From contig CALWZO010000042.1 in assembly GCA_944386045.1 (NCBI GenBank), forward strand, positions 32,934 to 96,933: a stretch of DNA of 64,000 nt, in the 5' to 3' direction. Shown one piece after another: positions 35,160 to 44,907 of the stretch. Under the pieces are notes generated by a model. That model saw nothing but the letters and a program-made list of their open reading frames with translations. It made no database searches and was not told the origin of the DNA. The stretch comes from an uncultured Clostridia bacterium (GTDB lineage Bacteria > Bacillota > Clostridia > Oscillospirales > Ruminococcaceae). The position numbers and the translations under genes are program-made. How positions within the stretch are numbered: position 1 is the first letter of the stretch; the number at the start of each line of letters is the position of its first letter.

Positions 35160-35999
35160 TTATTTTTCAAAATAGGCTATGCCAACACAGCCGGGGCCTA
35201 CATGGGTTCCCACCACGCTGCCTACTTCACTGTTTGTCCACTGCAGGTCTATGCCGTTTTCCCTGAGGAATTTTTCAAAAACTCTCATATTTTCCACATC
35301 GTCCGCATTGGCAACAATACAGGGCATATCTTTGTCGATATCTGTCGATTTCAGTATCCCGCACAGCTTGTCAAAGGCATTTTTCTGTCCCCTGGCCTTG
35401 CCTATACTGTCCACTTTGCCGTCCACAACGCTTACCAGCGGCTTTATGCCCAGTGCCCCGCCTATCACGCCTGCGGCTTTGGAGATACGCCCGCCGCGCA
35501 CCAGGTATTTCAATGTGTCCACAACGGCAATCAGTCTGCCTTTGGGCGCCTTTTCTTCCACAGCCCGGGCCACCTGTGCACCGCTTTTGCCCATATCTCT
35601 CTGTATACAGGCATAGCGCACCAGAATTTCCAGTCCCAGTGTGGCGCTCAGAGAGTCCACAATGTATATTTTGTCATATCCACTCATTTCCGCAGCTATC
35701 CTGGCCGACTGCAATGTACCGCTCAGTGCCGAGGACACACCGATATATACCACTTCATCTCCCTTTTGTTTGAACTGTTCAAACACAGCCAAAAAATCCC
35801 GTGGGGTAGGCTGGCTGGTGGTCGGGTTTACATCGCTTTCCCTGAGCATATCAAAAAACTGTCTTGTGTTGATATCCACTGTATCGCGGTATGTTTTTTC
35901 TCCAAAATTTACAATTACCGGAAGCACATAAACACCCAGCTCCTTTATATGCTCCGCTGTTATATCGCTTGTGGAATCGGTCATTATAACTGTTGCCAT
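35160..35999 (-). CDS. DegV family fatty-acid-binding protein (paralog 2)
   Basis: ATVIMTDSTSDI N-terminus and DegV length and organisation. Confidence 0.85.
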   Translation of the reverse strand: MATVIMTDSTSDITAEHIKELGVYVLPVIVNFGEKTYRDTVDINTRQFFDMLRESDVNPTTSQPTPRDFLAVFEQFKQKGDEVVYIGVSSALSGTLQSARIAAEMSGYDKIYIVDSLSATLGLEILVRYACIQRDMGKSGAQVARAVEEKAPKGRLIAVVDTLKYLVRGGRISKAAGVIGGALGIKPLVSVVDGKVDSIGKARGQKNAFDKLCGILKSTDIDKDMPCIVANADDVENMRVFEKFLRENGIDLQWTNSEVGSVVGTHVGPGCVGIAYFEK

Positions 36000-36122
36000 A
36001 AGTTCACCCTTCTGTCCGCCAAAACGGCGTTATTTTGCCCGCTTTATTTAATAAATATAAACAAGCTGAATAACTTAAAATTTTATTACGAAATTGTGAC
36101 AAATTTGTGAATTATCTTAAGT

Positions 36123-37787
36123 TTATAAATCATTTTCTGGTAAAAACTTTGCAAAATCTATATATTTATGATTGTATATACCGCTGACAGGGTCCAGGTC
36201 TGTATAATCAGCCGCCACTACCTGATTTGTGGTATAAAGTATTGCAAAGCCAATTTTTCCGCCCGCGGCCTTTTTTTGCTGGTTTTCAAATATCTTTACC
36301 TTTTCTGTTTTTATAGCAGCGCTGACCTTTTTAAAATTGTCATCGGGTATATGGCTGAAAGCAAACAGCCTGCCGGTGTTGTCGGTTATTATTCGGTCAA
36401 CAGCCATTATATCTCGCAGTTCTTCTTTGCCGGTATAAGAGAAAAATTCAAACAGGGTGGCGGCGTATTTTTCCAGTGACGGGCTTTTTATCCCCTGTTC
36501 AAACACATATTTACCAAAACTGTAAAAAAATTCAAAAGGCCTGAGGCCTGTTTTTTTCATTATAAAGGTCGGTGTGTTGGGGAATTTTCCGCTGTTGTAC
36601 AGTCTTTCAACCGCATCTTCACACTTTTTCAATTCCAGCAGGTCATAATAACTTATACTGTCGCAGCTTATCACCTGATAAGGCGCATACTCCCGGTATT
36701 TATACCCATACTTCTCTTTTTCTGCTTCCAGGGTGGAGCCTTTGAGCAGTTTCAAAAAACCCAGCTGTATCACATTTGCTCCTATTTCATAAGCCTGGTC
36801 AAAGCTCTGGCCGAAACAGACAAAATCTTCATAAGGCAGGCCGGCTATAAGGTCTATATGAAGATGTATATTGTGACCGCTGACAATCTCTTTCAGGTTG
36901 CCCACCAGCCTGTTCATATCAGTACGTCGGTTGACAGCCTGCAATGTGGGAATATTGAAGCTTTGCAGGCCGGCTTCAAACTGCACCATTCCTTTGGGCA
37001 GAGTTTTCAAAAAATCAAGTGTTTCCTTGGTAAACAGGTCACATTCCACTTCACAGTGAAAGGTGACATCCTCCGGTATATTTCCCTTTTCCCTTTCCCG
37101 GGCTATAAACCGCAGAATTTCCCTGGCCCTTTTGTCATTGCAGTTAAATGTTCTGTCCACAAATTTTATAGTTTTGGAGCCGCTGGACGCCAGGAGAAGT
37201 ATGTTTTTCTTTGCGGTTTCCATATCAAAAAATCTTACATTCTCATCGCGTCCCGACAGGCAAAAACCGCAGTTGAACGGGCAGCCACGGCTGGTTTCCA
37301 GGTAGGATATACGCCCTTTCAGCCTTTGGAGGTACTCCGGAGTATATGGATTGACATATTCATGGCAGTAGCCCTGTATCACCTTTTTGTCTGTATCGAC
37401 AAATCCGCTTTTCAAAAGCCGGACAAAAGGGCCTTCCCCTTCGCCTTTTATAATAAAGTCCACATAGTCTTTTTCAAGCAGCCTGTCAGTGTCAAAGCCG
37501 GCTTCCGGCCCTCCCAGGAATATTTTTACCTGCGGGAATATCTGCTTCAGCGTATAGGCGGCCTTGTGCACCTGCTCTATGTTCCATATATATGTGGAAA
37601 AACCGATCACATCGGGGCTGTAAGAGGCTATATCGGCCACTATATCTTCTGTTGTATTGTTTATTGTGGTTTCAGAAACAAACACATCCCGGCCCATTCC
37701 GGCCTGTTTTGCCGCTGCGTAGAGGTACCACACAGCCAGGGATGAATGTATATACTTGCTGTTTATACTGCTTAAAACAACTTTCAT
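36123..37787 (-). CDS. B12-binding-domain radical SAM protein with a C-terminal DUF4080-like extension (function unknown)
   Basis: Radical SAM triad GCPFNCGFC (CxxxCxxC) after an N-terminal Rossmann-like B12-type domain. About 190 extra residues at the C-terminus. Confidence 0.8.
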   Translation of the reverse strand: MKVVLSSINSKYIHSSLAVWYLYAAAKQAGMGRDVFVSETTINNTTEDIVADIASYSPDVIGFSTYIWNIEQVHKAAYTLKQIFPQVKIFLGGPEAGFDTDRLLEKDYVDFIIKGEGEGPFVRLLKSGFVDTDKKVIQGYCHEYVNPYTPEYLQRLKGRISYLETSRGCPFNCGFCLSGRDENVRFFDMETAKKNILLLASSGSKTIKFVDRTFNCNDKRAREILRFIAREREKGNIPEDVTFHCEVECDLFTKETLDFLKTLPKGMVQFEAGLQSFNIPTLQAVNRRTDMNRLVGNLKEIVSGHNIHLHIDLIAGLPYEDFVCFGQSFDQAYEIGANVIQLGFLKLLKGSTLEAEKEKYGYKYREYAPYQVISCDSISYYDLLELKKCEDAVERLYNSGKFPNTPTFIMKKTGLRPFEFFYSFGKYVFEQGIKSPSLEKYAATLFEFFSYTGKEELRDIMAVDRIITDNTGRLFAFSHIPDDNFKKVSAAIKTEKVKIFENQQKKAAGGKIGFAILYTTNQVVAADYTDLDPVSGIYNHKYIDFAKFLPENDL

Positions 37788-37883
37788 CTTCGCACTCCGT
37801 TTTTGATATTGTCAGTTTAATTCTATCACAAACCGACAAAAAAAGCACGCGGTATATACCGCGCGCTTTTATATTTTGTAAAA

Positions 37884-38906
<1,023 letters not shown>

Positions 38907-38977
38907 CTACCTCCAATTTATTTACACCTTAAAAATTAAGGATTGATACTTTGTTAAAAAATTAACTTTCTGTCTAT

Positions 38978-39006
38978 ATAATAAAATAAAATGCCGGATT
39001 TGTCAA
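38978..39006 (-). promoter_or_regulatory. sigma-A promoter of gap (TTGACA-17-TATTAT)
   Basis: Read on the minus strand. About 75 nt upstream of the gap ATG. Confidence 0.6.
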
Positions 39007-39215
39007 CAATCTTTTATAAGATTATTCCCATCTTTTCAAAATTATAATATCACAATTTAACTTTATAGTAAAGTAGAATAAAAGGTCAAATTGTTGGTGC
39101 TTTTTACATATTTGCCAGGGCGCAGGATATAATATCTTTACTTTAAAAGAAAAATATTGTAGACTGTATGTATCGCATATTTGTCGAATTTTGTATAATA
39201 ATTCGGGAGGAATAC

Positions 39216-40250
39216 ATGGACAACGATCTGACTCATCTTACTTTGGACGAAAGTTTCAATGTTATATATCACCACCCAGCAATCCGGGAAAGCTATCCGG
39301 GGCTGCTGCGCCGAGGTTTTTTCAAAGACCTTTTGCACGGATGCTCACCTGAAGATTTCCGGCGGCCGGTACGGCTGAATACAGACCTGTCCGGCAGTGC
39401 TCCCATTAGCCTGATTTTTGTGCGCAGCGAAGAGGGCATAAACTGCATTGTGGCAAAAAACAAAATCCATGGCCCGTCAAACGCCCAAAGAAACCTGCAA
39501 TATCAGATGAGAGAGCCCATATCGGGCATATTTGCCCTTTTGCCGGTTATAGCAGACAACATAAACAAATCAGACAGCAACAAAGCTGTGGCAAATTTAC
39601 AGGCAATATACGGCCAGTCCTACAAGCTGCTGCGCAGCGTCAGCAATATCTCCATGGCTTCCAATATTTTTTCCGGCGCAGTACTCAGGAAAGAAACCTG
39701 TGATTTTTCAGAGCTGGTCAGCGAGCTGTGCGAATCGGTAAAATTAGTGGTAAGAAATATCAACATAGAATGCACCGCAGAAAAAAATCTGTATATATAT
39801 GCCAATTATCAGATGATTTGCTGCGCTTTTTTAAACCTTATATCCAACAGCGTAAACTATAAAAACGACCGGGATGTGCATATAAAAGTGACACTGACCA
39901 AAAAGGACAGCATGGCTGTGCTGACTTATTCCGACAACAGCAAAGGAATAAAGGACGATTATCTGCCGTTTGTTTTCCGGCCGTATTTTTCCAAGGACCC
40001 TTACAATGACGGCGAAAGCGACCCTTCCCTTGGGATGGGGCTGTTTATAGCAAAGGCCGCCTTTGAACAGGCCGGCGGCAACATACTTCTTACATCAAAA
40101 TTTGGTCAGGGTGTAAAATATACCATTTCCCTGCCCCTGGATAATGCAGGCGGTCAGATTTTGGAAAGCAGCAAAGCCGATTTTCTTCTCAACAAATACA
40201 GCGACCTGTTCATACAGCTTTGCGACTGCCGGCAGCTGCCCGGACTGTAA
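39216..40250 (+). CDS. orphan cytoplasmic histidine-kinase-like protein (HATPase_c intact, H-box His apparently replaced by Tyr)
   Basis: N box FLNLISNSVNY, G1-like SDNSKGI, G2 GMGLFIAKAAFEQAGG. The H-box-like segment reads LQYQMREPISGIF where SHELRTPLTSI is expected. No TM segments. ATG 39216 follows GGGAGG. Confidence 0.7.
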   Translation: MDNDLTHLTLDESFNVIYHHPAIRESYPGLLRRGFFKDLLHGCSPEDFRRPVRLNTDLSGSAPISLIFVRSEEGINCIVAKNKIHGPSNAQRNLQYQMREPISGIFALLPVIADNINKSDSNKAVANLQAIYGQSYKLLRSVSNISMASNIFSGAVLRKETCDFSELVSELCESVKLVVRNINIECTAEKNLYIYANYQMICCAFLNLISNSVNYKNDRDVHIKVTLTKKDSMAVLTYSDNSKGIKDDYLPFVFRPYFSKDPYNDGESDPSLGMGLFIAKAAFEQAGGNILLTSKFGQGVKYTISLPLDNAGGQILESSKADFLLNKYSDLFIQLCDCRQLPGL

Positions 40251-40260
40251 AAAAAATAAA

Positions 40261-40290
40261 AGCCCGACGGATTTCCCGCCGGGTTTTTTA
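40261..40290. terminator. bidirectional terminator between the HK-like gene and the membrane protein gene
   Basis: CCCGACGG/CCGCCGGG stem followed by TTTTTT, with an A-run upstream. Confidence 0.7.
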
Positions 40291-40292
40291 TA

Positions 40293-41369
40293 TTATTTAG
40301 GTGCCTTGTAAACTATTTTTTTACCGCTGTCTTTGGCAGTACTGCCGCTTTTATAAACCGTGGAGTTGCTCCGGCGTGTCCGGCGCGGTTTTTCCGGTGC
40401 CGCTTTGGGAGCCTTTGAAGTCGCCGGCTGCTTGCGAGGGGCAACTTTCTGCTGCCGTTCTTCTTTTTGCGCAAATATCCGGGATATTGTTTCGGCGCTT
40501 ATTTTGCCTGCTGTCCGGTAATCCTTTTCACTGTTCATGTCAGCGCGCAGGTAAGGCGCGGCCATAATCCGGTCATCTTCATCCTCTTCCCGGGCCGGTT
40601 CGGCAATTTTTTCCTTGTCAGGGACAATATAAAAGGCTATAAACAAAGAATATGTACCCAGGATTGCAAGGCCCATTTTAAACATAATATCTGCCATCCG
40701 GGCGCTGCCGTTCATGACAGAGCCTATAATCCCGGCAAGATTGGCCGCAGTGCCTATCATAAAGTTCATCAATGAAAAGACATACAGCCCCATCAATGTA
40801 AATTTTTTCGGCGCATAGGCGCATTTGAAAAGCAGTGTAAAAAATATCAGTCCGATAATACCGCAAAGACATCTTATCAGAAACTCCGTATTGTGGATTG
40901 ATTTTATATTAAGAATTATACAGTCCATGCATATAGCCAGCGGCAGCAACATGGTGAACAAAAACGGGACTGTTTCTCTTTTTTTGCCTTTTATTCCGAT
41001 AACGCTGAAAACAGCCAGCCCCAGCGCAGACAGTATAACCATTATATCATAGCCCAAAAAGCCGCCGTGTTTAAAGATGTTTATTATGTTCATTACAGCG
41101 GAAGCAATCAGAAACAGTGCGGCGGCAAAGCCGAAAACCCCAACAGGGAATTTCATGGGTTTTCTCTTGCCCGCTTTGGGTGAAAACATCAGTATGCCGC
41201 AGCATAAAGCCATGAAAAACAATATTGTCAGCATAAGCGGGGATGTAACTATACCATCGGAAGACAAAAAGCCGCTGTCTGTATACATCAGAACGCTTAC
41301 TTCATACAGTCTGCCTGCAAAAAACAAAACAGACATCAAAACCATAAGGCCATTTAAAAATATTGCCAT
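40293..41369 (-). CDS. polytopic membrane protein with a Lys/Pro/Ala-rich, probably disordered C-terminal tail (function unknown)
   Basis: About 8 hydrophobic helices in the first 250 aa or so, then ..KVAPRKQPATSKAPKAAPEKPRRTRRSNS... SD AAGGAG. Confidence 0.7.
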   Translation of the reverse strand: MAIFLNGLMVLMSVLFFAGRLYEVSVLMYTDSGFLSSDGIVTSPLMLTILFFMALCCGILMFSPKAGKRKPMKFPVGVFGFAAALFLIASAVMNIINIFKHGGFLGYDIMVILSALGLAVFSVIGIKGKKRETVPFLFTMLLPLAICMDCIILNIKSIHNTEFLIRCLCGIIGLIFFTLLFKCAYAPKKFTLMGLYVFSLMNFMIGTAANLAGIIGSVMNGSARMADIMFKMGLAILGTYSLFIAFYIVPDKEKIAEPAREEDEDDRIMAAPYLRADMNSEKDYRTAGKISAETISRIFAQKEERQQKVAPRKQPATSKAPKAAPEKPRRTRRSNSTVYKSGSTAKDSGKKIVYKAPK

Positions 41370-41518
41370 AACTTCTCCTTAACCGGCATACTTTCATCCG
41401 GCCGTAAATAAAATATATTAACCCACAAATGCGGTTTAACGATATTTTAATACAAAACAGCAAAAATTACAACCTGAAATAAGGAATTGTGGTCAAAAAG
41501 GATGAAAAAGAGGATTTT

Positions 41519-42523
41519 ATGAAAAACTTTGTCGCTATTTTTATTTTTCTTGTGGCTGTAAACATTTTTGTGCCGGTTTTTTACTGCAACATTTCAACCG
41601 GCTTTGACATTTCCCTTCCCAAAGGAAATCCCAGTTCCGATACAGATCAAAGCCGGCAGGAACTGCCCGACCCAAGCAGCAGCACCGTAACGGTGATGGA
41701 CAAAGCTGCCGGAAAGCTGATAGAGATAAACCTGACTGACTATCTTATAGGCGCGGCGGCCTGCGAAATGCCGGCAGTGTACGAAAGTGAAGCCCTGAAA
41801 GCACAGATGGTAGCCATACATTCTTATTATCTGTATTGCAGCCGGCATCCGGAATATCTGGAGGACGGATACATAACTGTGGACTCTTCATCCATGACAG
41901 GCTATGCGGACAAGACCACCCTGACGGGTTTTTGGGGTATGGATTTTTATGATTACTACCGGAAATTTTCCAGATGTGCCCGGGAAGTGGAAAATATGGT
42001 GCTGGAATACCGGGGTCGGCCGGCGCTGACGGTATATCATGCGGTATCCTGCGGCAAAACCCAAAGCAGCCGGCGGCAATGGGGAAACCGGCTGGACTAT
42101 CTGGTTACTGTTGACAGCTCCTTTGATGCGGTAAGCGAAGATTATTTGCAGATAAAAACCTTTACCCCGTCCGAAATGTACAGCCTGCTGAAAGTAAATT
42201 TTCCCACATTGAAAATAGATGAAGAAAAACCAGAAGAATGGTTTGGCGAAATAATATATGCAGACAGCGGCTATGCCACCTATGTGACCATCGGCGGAGA
42301 TATGGTGCCGGGGGATCAGTTCCGCACAGCCCTCAGCCTTCCATCCTCCTGCGTCATGGTATTTTTGGAAGACGGAGAATTTTCCGTTGCCACCAAAGGC
42401 TACGGACATGGCGTGGGCATGAGCCAGTTCGGTGCCAATCAGCTGTCGCAGCAGGGCAAAACCTTTGATGAAATTTTAAGCCACTATTATCCCGGCACTA
42501 CCCTGACAGAAAAAGATTTGTGA
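41519..42523 (+). CDS. spoIID: stage II sporulation protein D (SpoIID/LytB-domain lytic transglycosylase)
   Basis: SpoIID-domain motifs EALKAQMVAIHSY, YHAVSCGKT and GHGVGMSQFGA, with an N-terminal TM segment. Confidence 0.85.
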   Translation: MKNFVAIFIFLVAVNIFVPVFYCNISTGFDISLPKGNPSSDTDQSRQELPDPSSSTVTVMDKAAGKLIEINLTDYLIGAAACEMPAVYESEALKAQMVAIHSYYLYCSRHPEYLEDGYITVDSSSMTGYADKTTLTGFWGMDFYDYYRKFSRCAREVENMVLEYRGRPALTVYHAVSCGKTQSSRRQWGNRLDYLVTVDSSFDAVSEDYLQIKTFTPSEMYSLLKVNFPTLKIDEEKPEEWFGEIIYADSGYATYVTIGGDMVPGDQFRTALSLPSSCVMVFLEDGEFSVATKGYGHGVGMSQFGANQLSQQGKTFDEILSHYYPGTTLTEKDL

Positions 42524-42651
42524 TTTATCACAAAAAGACAATTTTAAAATATCATTTTTGTATTTTCTCACAGACTTTTGTATTTGTATTGAAGAAAGCA
42601 TTTACAGGATATATAATTTAGGCAAGACAATACGAAAAGGAGCATAGCAAA

Positions 42652-43839
42652 ATGAATTTTAAACAACCGGCTTTTGAACTGAAGGACAAACTGACACGGT
42701 TCAGACGCGATTTTCACTCCCACCCGGAGGTGTCTTTCTGCGAAGAAAGAACCAGCAGCGTAATCAGAAAATTTTTGCAGGACAACGGAATAGAAATACA
42801 GGAGATCAACTCCGGATATTCCGTAGTAGGCATTATACGCGGTGCTTATCCCGGCAAAACTTTTGCCCTGCGCGCTGACATTGACGCTCTGCCGATGCCG
42901 GAGCTGAATGAAGTGCCCTATAAATCCCAGAACGAAGGTGTAATGCACGCCTGCGGACACGACGGACACACAGCCGCCCTTATGGGTGTAGCCCTGCTGC
43001 TGAACAGCGTAAAAGACCAGATGCACGGCAATGTAAAACTGTTCTTCCAGGCTGCTGAAGAAAAAATTCCCGGCGGTGCAAAGGGTATGGTGGAACACGG
43101 CGCACTGGAAAACCCCTATGTGGACGCTGTTATGGGTCTGCATGTAAGCAACGCTTTACCGGTGGGCAAAGTTGCCTTTGGCGGCGGCCCCGGTGCAGCA
43201 GCTTCAGACACTTACAGATTTAAAATCATCGGCAAAGGCGGACACGGCGCATATCCCCATGCCACTGTTGACCCTGTGGTAATAGCCGCTTATTTCATAA
43301 CCAACCTGCAGACAATCGTTTCCAGAAATGTGGAACCCACACAGGGTGCGGTTATCACCATCGGCTCAATTCACGGCGGTTCCAAGGAGAATATAATAGC
43401 AGATGAAGTGGAGATGCTGGCCACAGTGCGCTCTCTTGATGACGGCGTGCGCGACCTGCTGCACAAGAGAATAAAAGAAGTCTGCGCCGGAACAGAAGTC
43501 ATGTACAACTGTAAAGTTGAATATGAAGTGGAAATGGGATACCCCGTGCTGGTAAATGACGGCGACTTTGTAAATAAATATGCGATACCGGCAGCCGCAA
43601 AAATTGTAGGCGCTGAAAATGTGATAGAAAGCAAAAAGTCCGGCATGGGCGGCGAAGACTTTGCCTACTTCCTGCAGCAGCGTCCCGGCTGTTTCGGCTC
43701 TTTGGGTTCAGGCAATGCTGAAAAAGGAATAAGCGCCGGCGGACATACTTCCAAATTTGACATAGACGAAGATTGTCTGTGGACAGGTGCTGCCACTCTG
43801 GCCCAGGCCGCCTTTGATTACCTTGAAGCAAATAAGTAA
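42652..43839 (+). CDS. M20D-family amidohydrolase (N-acyl-amino-acid amidohydrolase / hippuricase type)
   Basis: MHACGHDGHTA metal-binding motif, 395 aa. Confidence 0.85.
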   Translation: MNFKQPAFELKDKLTRFRRDFHSHPEVSFCEERTSSVIRKFLQDNGIEIQEINSGYSVVGIIRGAYPGKTFALRADIDALPMPELNEVPYKSQNEGVMHACGHDGHTAALMGVALLLNSVKDQMHGNVKLFFQAAEEKIPGGAKGMVEHGALENPYVDAVMGLHVSNALPVGKVAFGGGPGAAASDTYRFKIIGKGGHGAYPHATVDPVVIAAYFITNLQTIVSRNVEPTQGAVITIGSIHGGSKENIIADEVEMLATVRSLDDGVRDLLHKRIKEVCAGTEVMYNCKVEYEVEMGYPVLVNDGDFVNKYAIPAAAKIVGAENVIESKKSGMGGEDFAYFLQQRPGCFGSLGSGNAEKGISAGGHTSKFDIDEDCLWTGAATLAQAAFDYLEANK

Positions 43840-43842
43840 AAT

Positions 43843-43872
43843 AAAAAAGTCCCTTTGAAAGGGACTTTTTTA
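43843..43872 (+). terminator. intrinsic terminator after the M20 amidohydrolase gene
   Basis: AGTCCCTT/AAGGGACT stem followed by TTTTT. Confidence 0.8.
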
Positions 43873-43888
43873 TTTTTATTATACTTAT

Positions 43889-43914
43889 TCAAAAAGGCGG
43901 CTGCGGCCGCCTTT
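43889..43914 (-). terminator. intrinsic terminator after the AraC regulator gene
   Basis: GGCGGC/GCCGCC stem with a T-run on the minus strand. Confidence 0.7.
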
Positions 43915-43918
43915 TGCT

Positions 43919-44740
43919 TTACACATACACATCCGGTTCCACCTGCAATGTCAGCTGGTTTGGCAGATACTGGGATGAAATAACCCTGTTTTTGTATGCC
44001 ATGGGAGTTTCTCCCGTGGCCTTCTTAAAAGCCTTGCACAGATAGTTGTCGCCGGAAAAGCCGGTCCTGGCCGCTATTGTATTAAGTGGCAGTGATGTCT
44101 GCGTCAAAAGATGCTTCACCGCATCTATTCTGACGGAAGTAAGGTATTTTCCGGGAGTTGTGCCGGTGTATTTGAAAAACTCCCTGACCAGATGGCTTTT
44201 GGATATATTCAGTTGCTGTGCCAGCTCTTCCACGCCATACGCCGTGTGATAGTTTTCCTTGATAAGACGCAGGGCCTCGACGATAATCTGATTGGCTATA
44301 ACTGCTTTTCTATCCCCGCTGCTGAGGGTGTTCAATATTTCAAAACTTATATTGGCTATATAATTATCGCTTAAATTGTGAAAGCTTTCCACAATCTGCT
44401 GTACCTGCCGGGGCAAAAACGGTGCAAATATCCCGCCTGTGACAAAGGCGCCGCCCACCTCTTTGGCGTACTTGTCGGCTATAATGCCTTTTATGTTGAA
44501 ACCCACTACCCTGGCGCTGTTTTTCAGCCGCAGGGATATCCGGCCCTGACAACAAAGTATGCTGTCGGGCTCCATTTCCAGGACCGCCCCTTCATTTTCT
44601 GCGCTGCACCGGCCGTCAAGCAACAAAAACAGACAGACGCCGTCAAACTTTAAAGAAAAACTGTCGGTGCCTTTAACATCAAATGTCCTGTCGATAAAAC
44701 AGTATTTTTTAATATCAAACCCCATATGCGTCACAACCAT
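43919..44740 (-). CDS. AraC family transcriptional regulator
   Basis: C-terminal double HTH (..ISKSHLVREFFKYTGTTPGKYL..IAARTGFSGDNYLCKAFKKATGETP) and an N-terminal cupin-like sensor domain. Confidence 0.85.
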   Translation of the reverse strand: MVVTHMGFDIKKYCFIDRTFDVKGTDSFSLKFDGVCLFLLLDGRCSAENEGAVLEMEPDSILCCQGRISLRLKNSARVVGFNIKGIIADKYAKEVGGAFVTGGIFAPFLPRQVQQIVESFHNLSDNYIANISFEILNTLSSGDRKAVIANQIIVEALRLIKENYHTAYGVEELAQQLNISKSHLVREFFKYTGTTPGKYLTSVRIDAVKHLLTQTSLPLNTIAARTGFSGDNYLCKAFKKATGETPMAYKNRVISSQYLPNQLTLQVEPDVYV

Positions 44741-44835
44741 TATAAGTTTTTTAAAAATATACTTTAATTATATAACAAATGTGTAAAAATATCAATAATT
44801 TACAATTTTATTGTATAATTTTTTTGTCTAAAACA

Positions 44836-44868
44836 TATAAAAGCGACGGTAATTACCGCCGCTTTTAT
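44836..44868 (-). terminator. intrinsic terminator after the full-length GH3 gene
   Basis: AAGCGACGGT/ACCGCCGCTT stem (G-U pair on the minus strand) followed by TTTT. Confidence 0.7.
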
Positions 44869-44907
44869 TATTTGCCAATAATCCGTTCTTAATGGCCTGT
44901 AAAGTTT

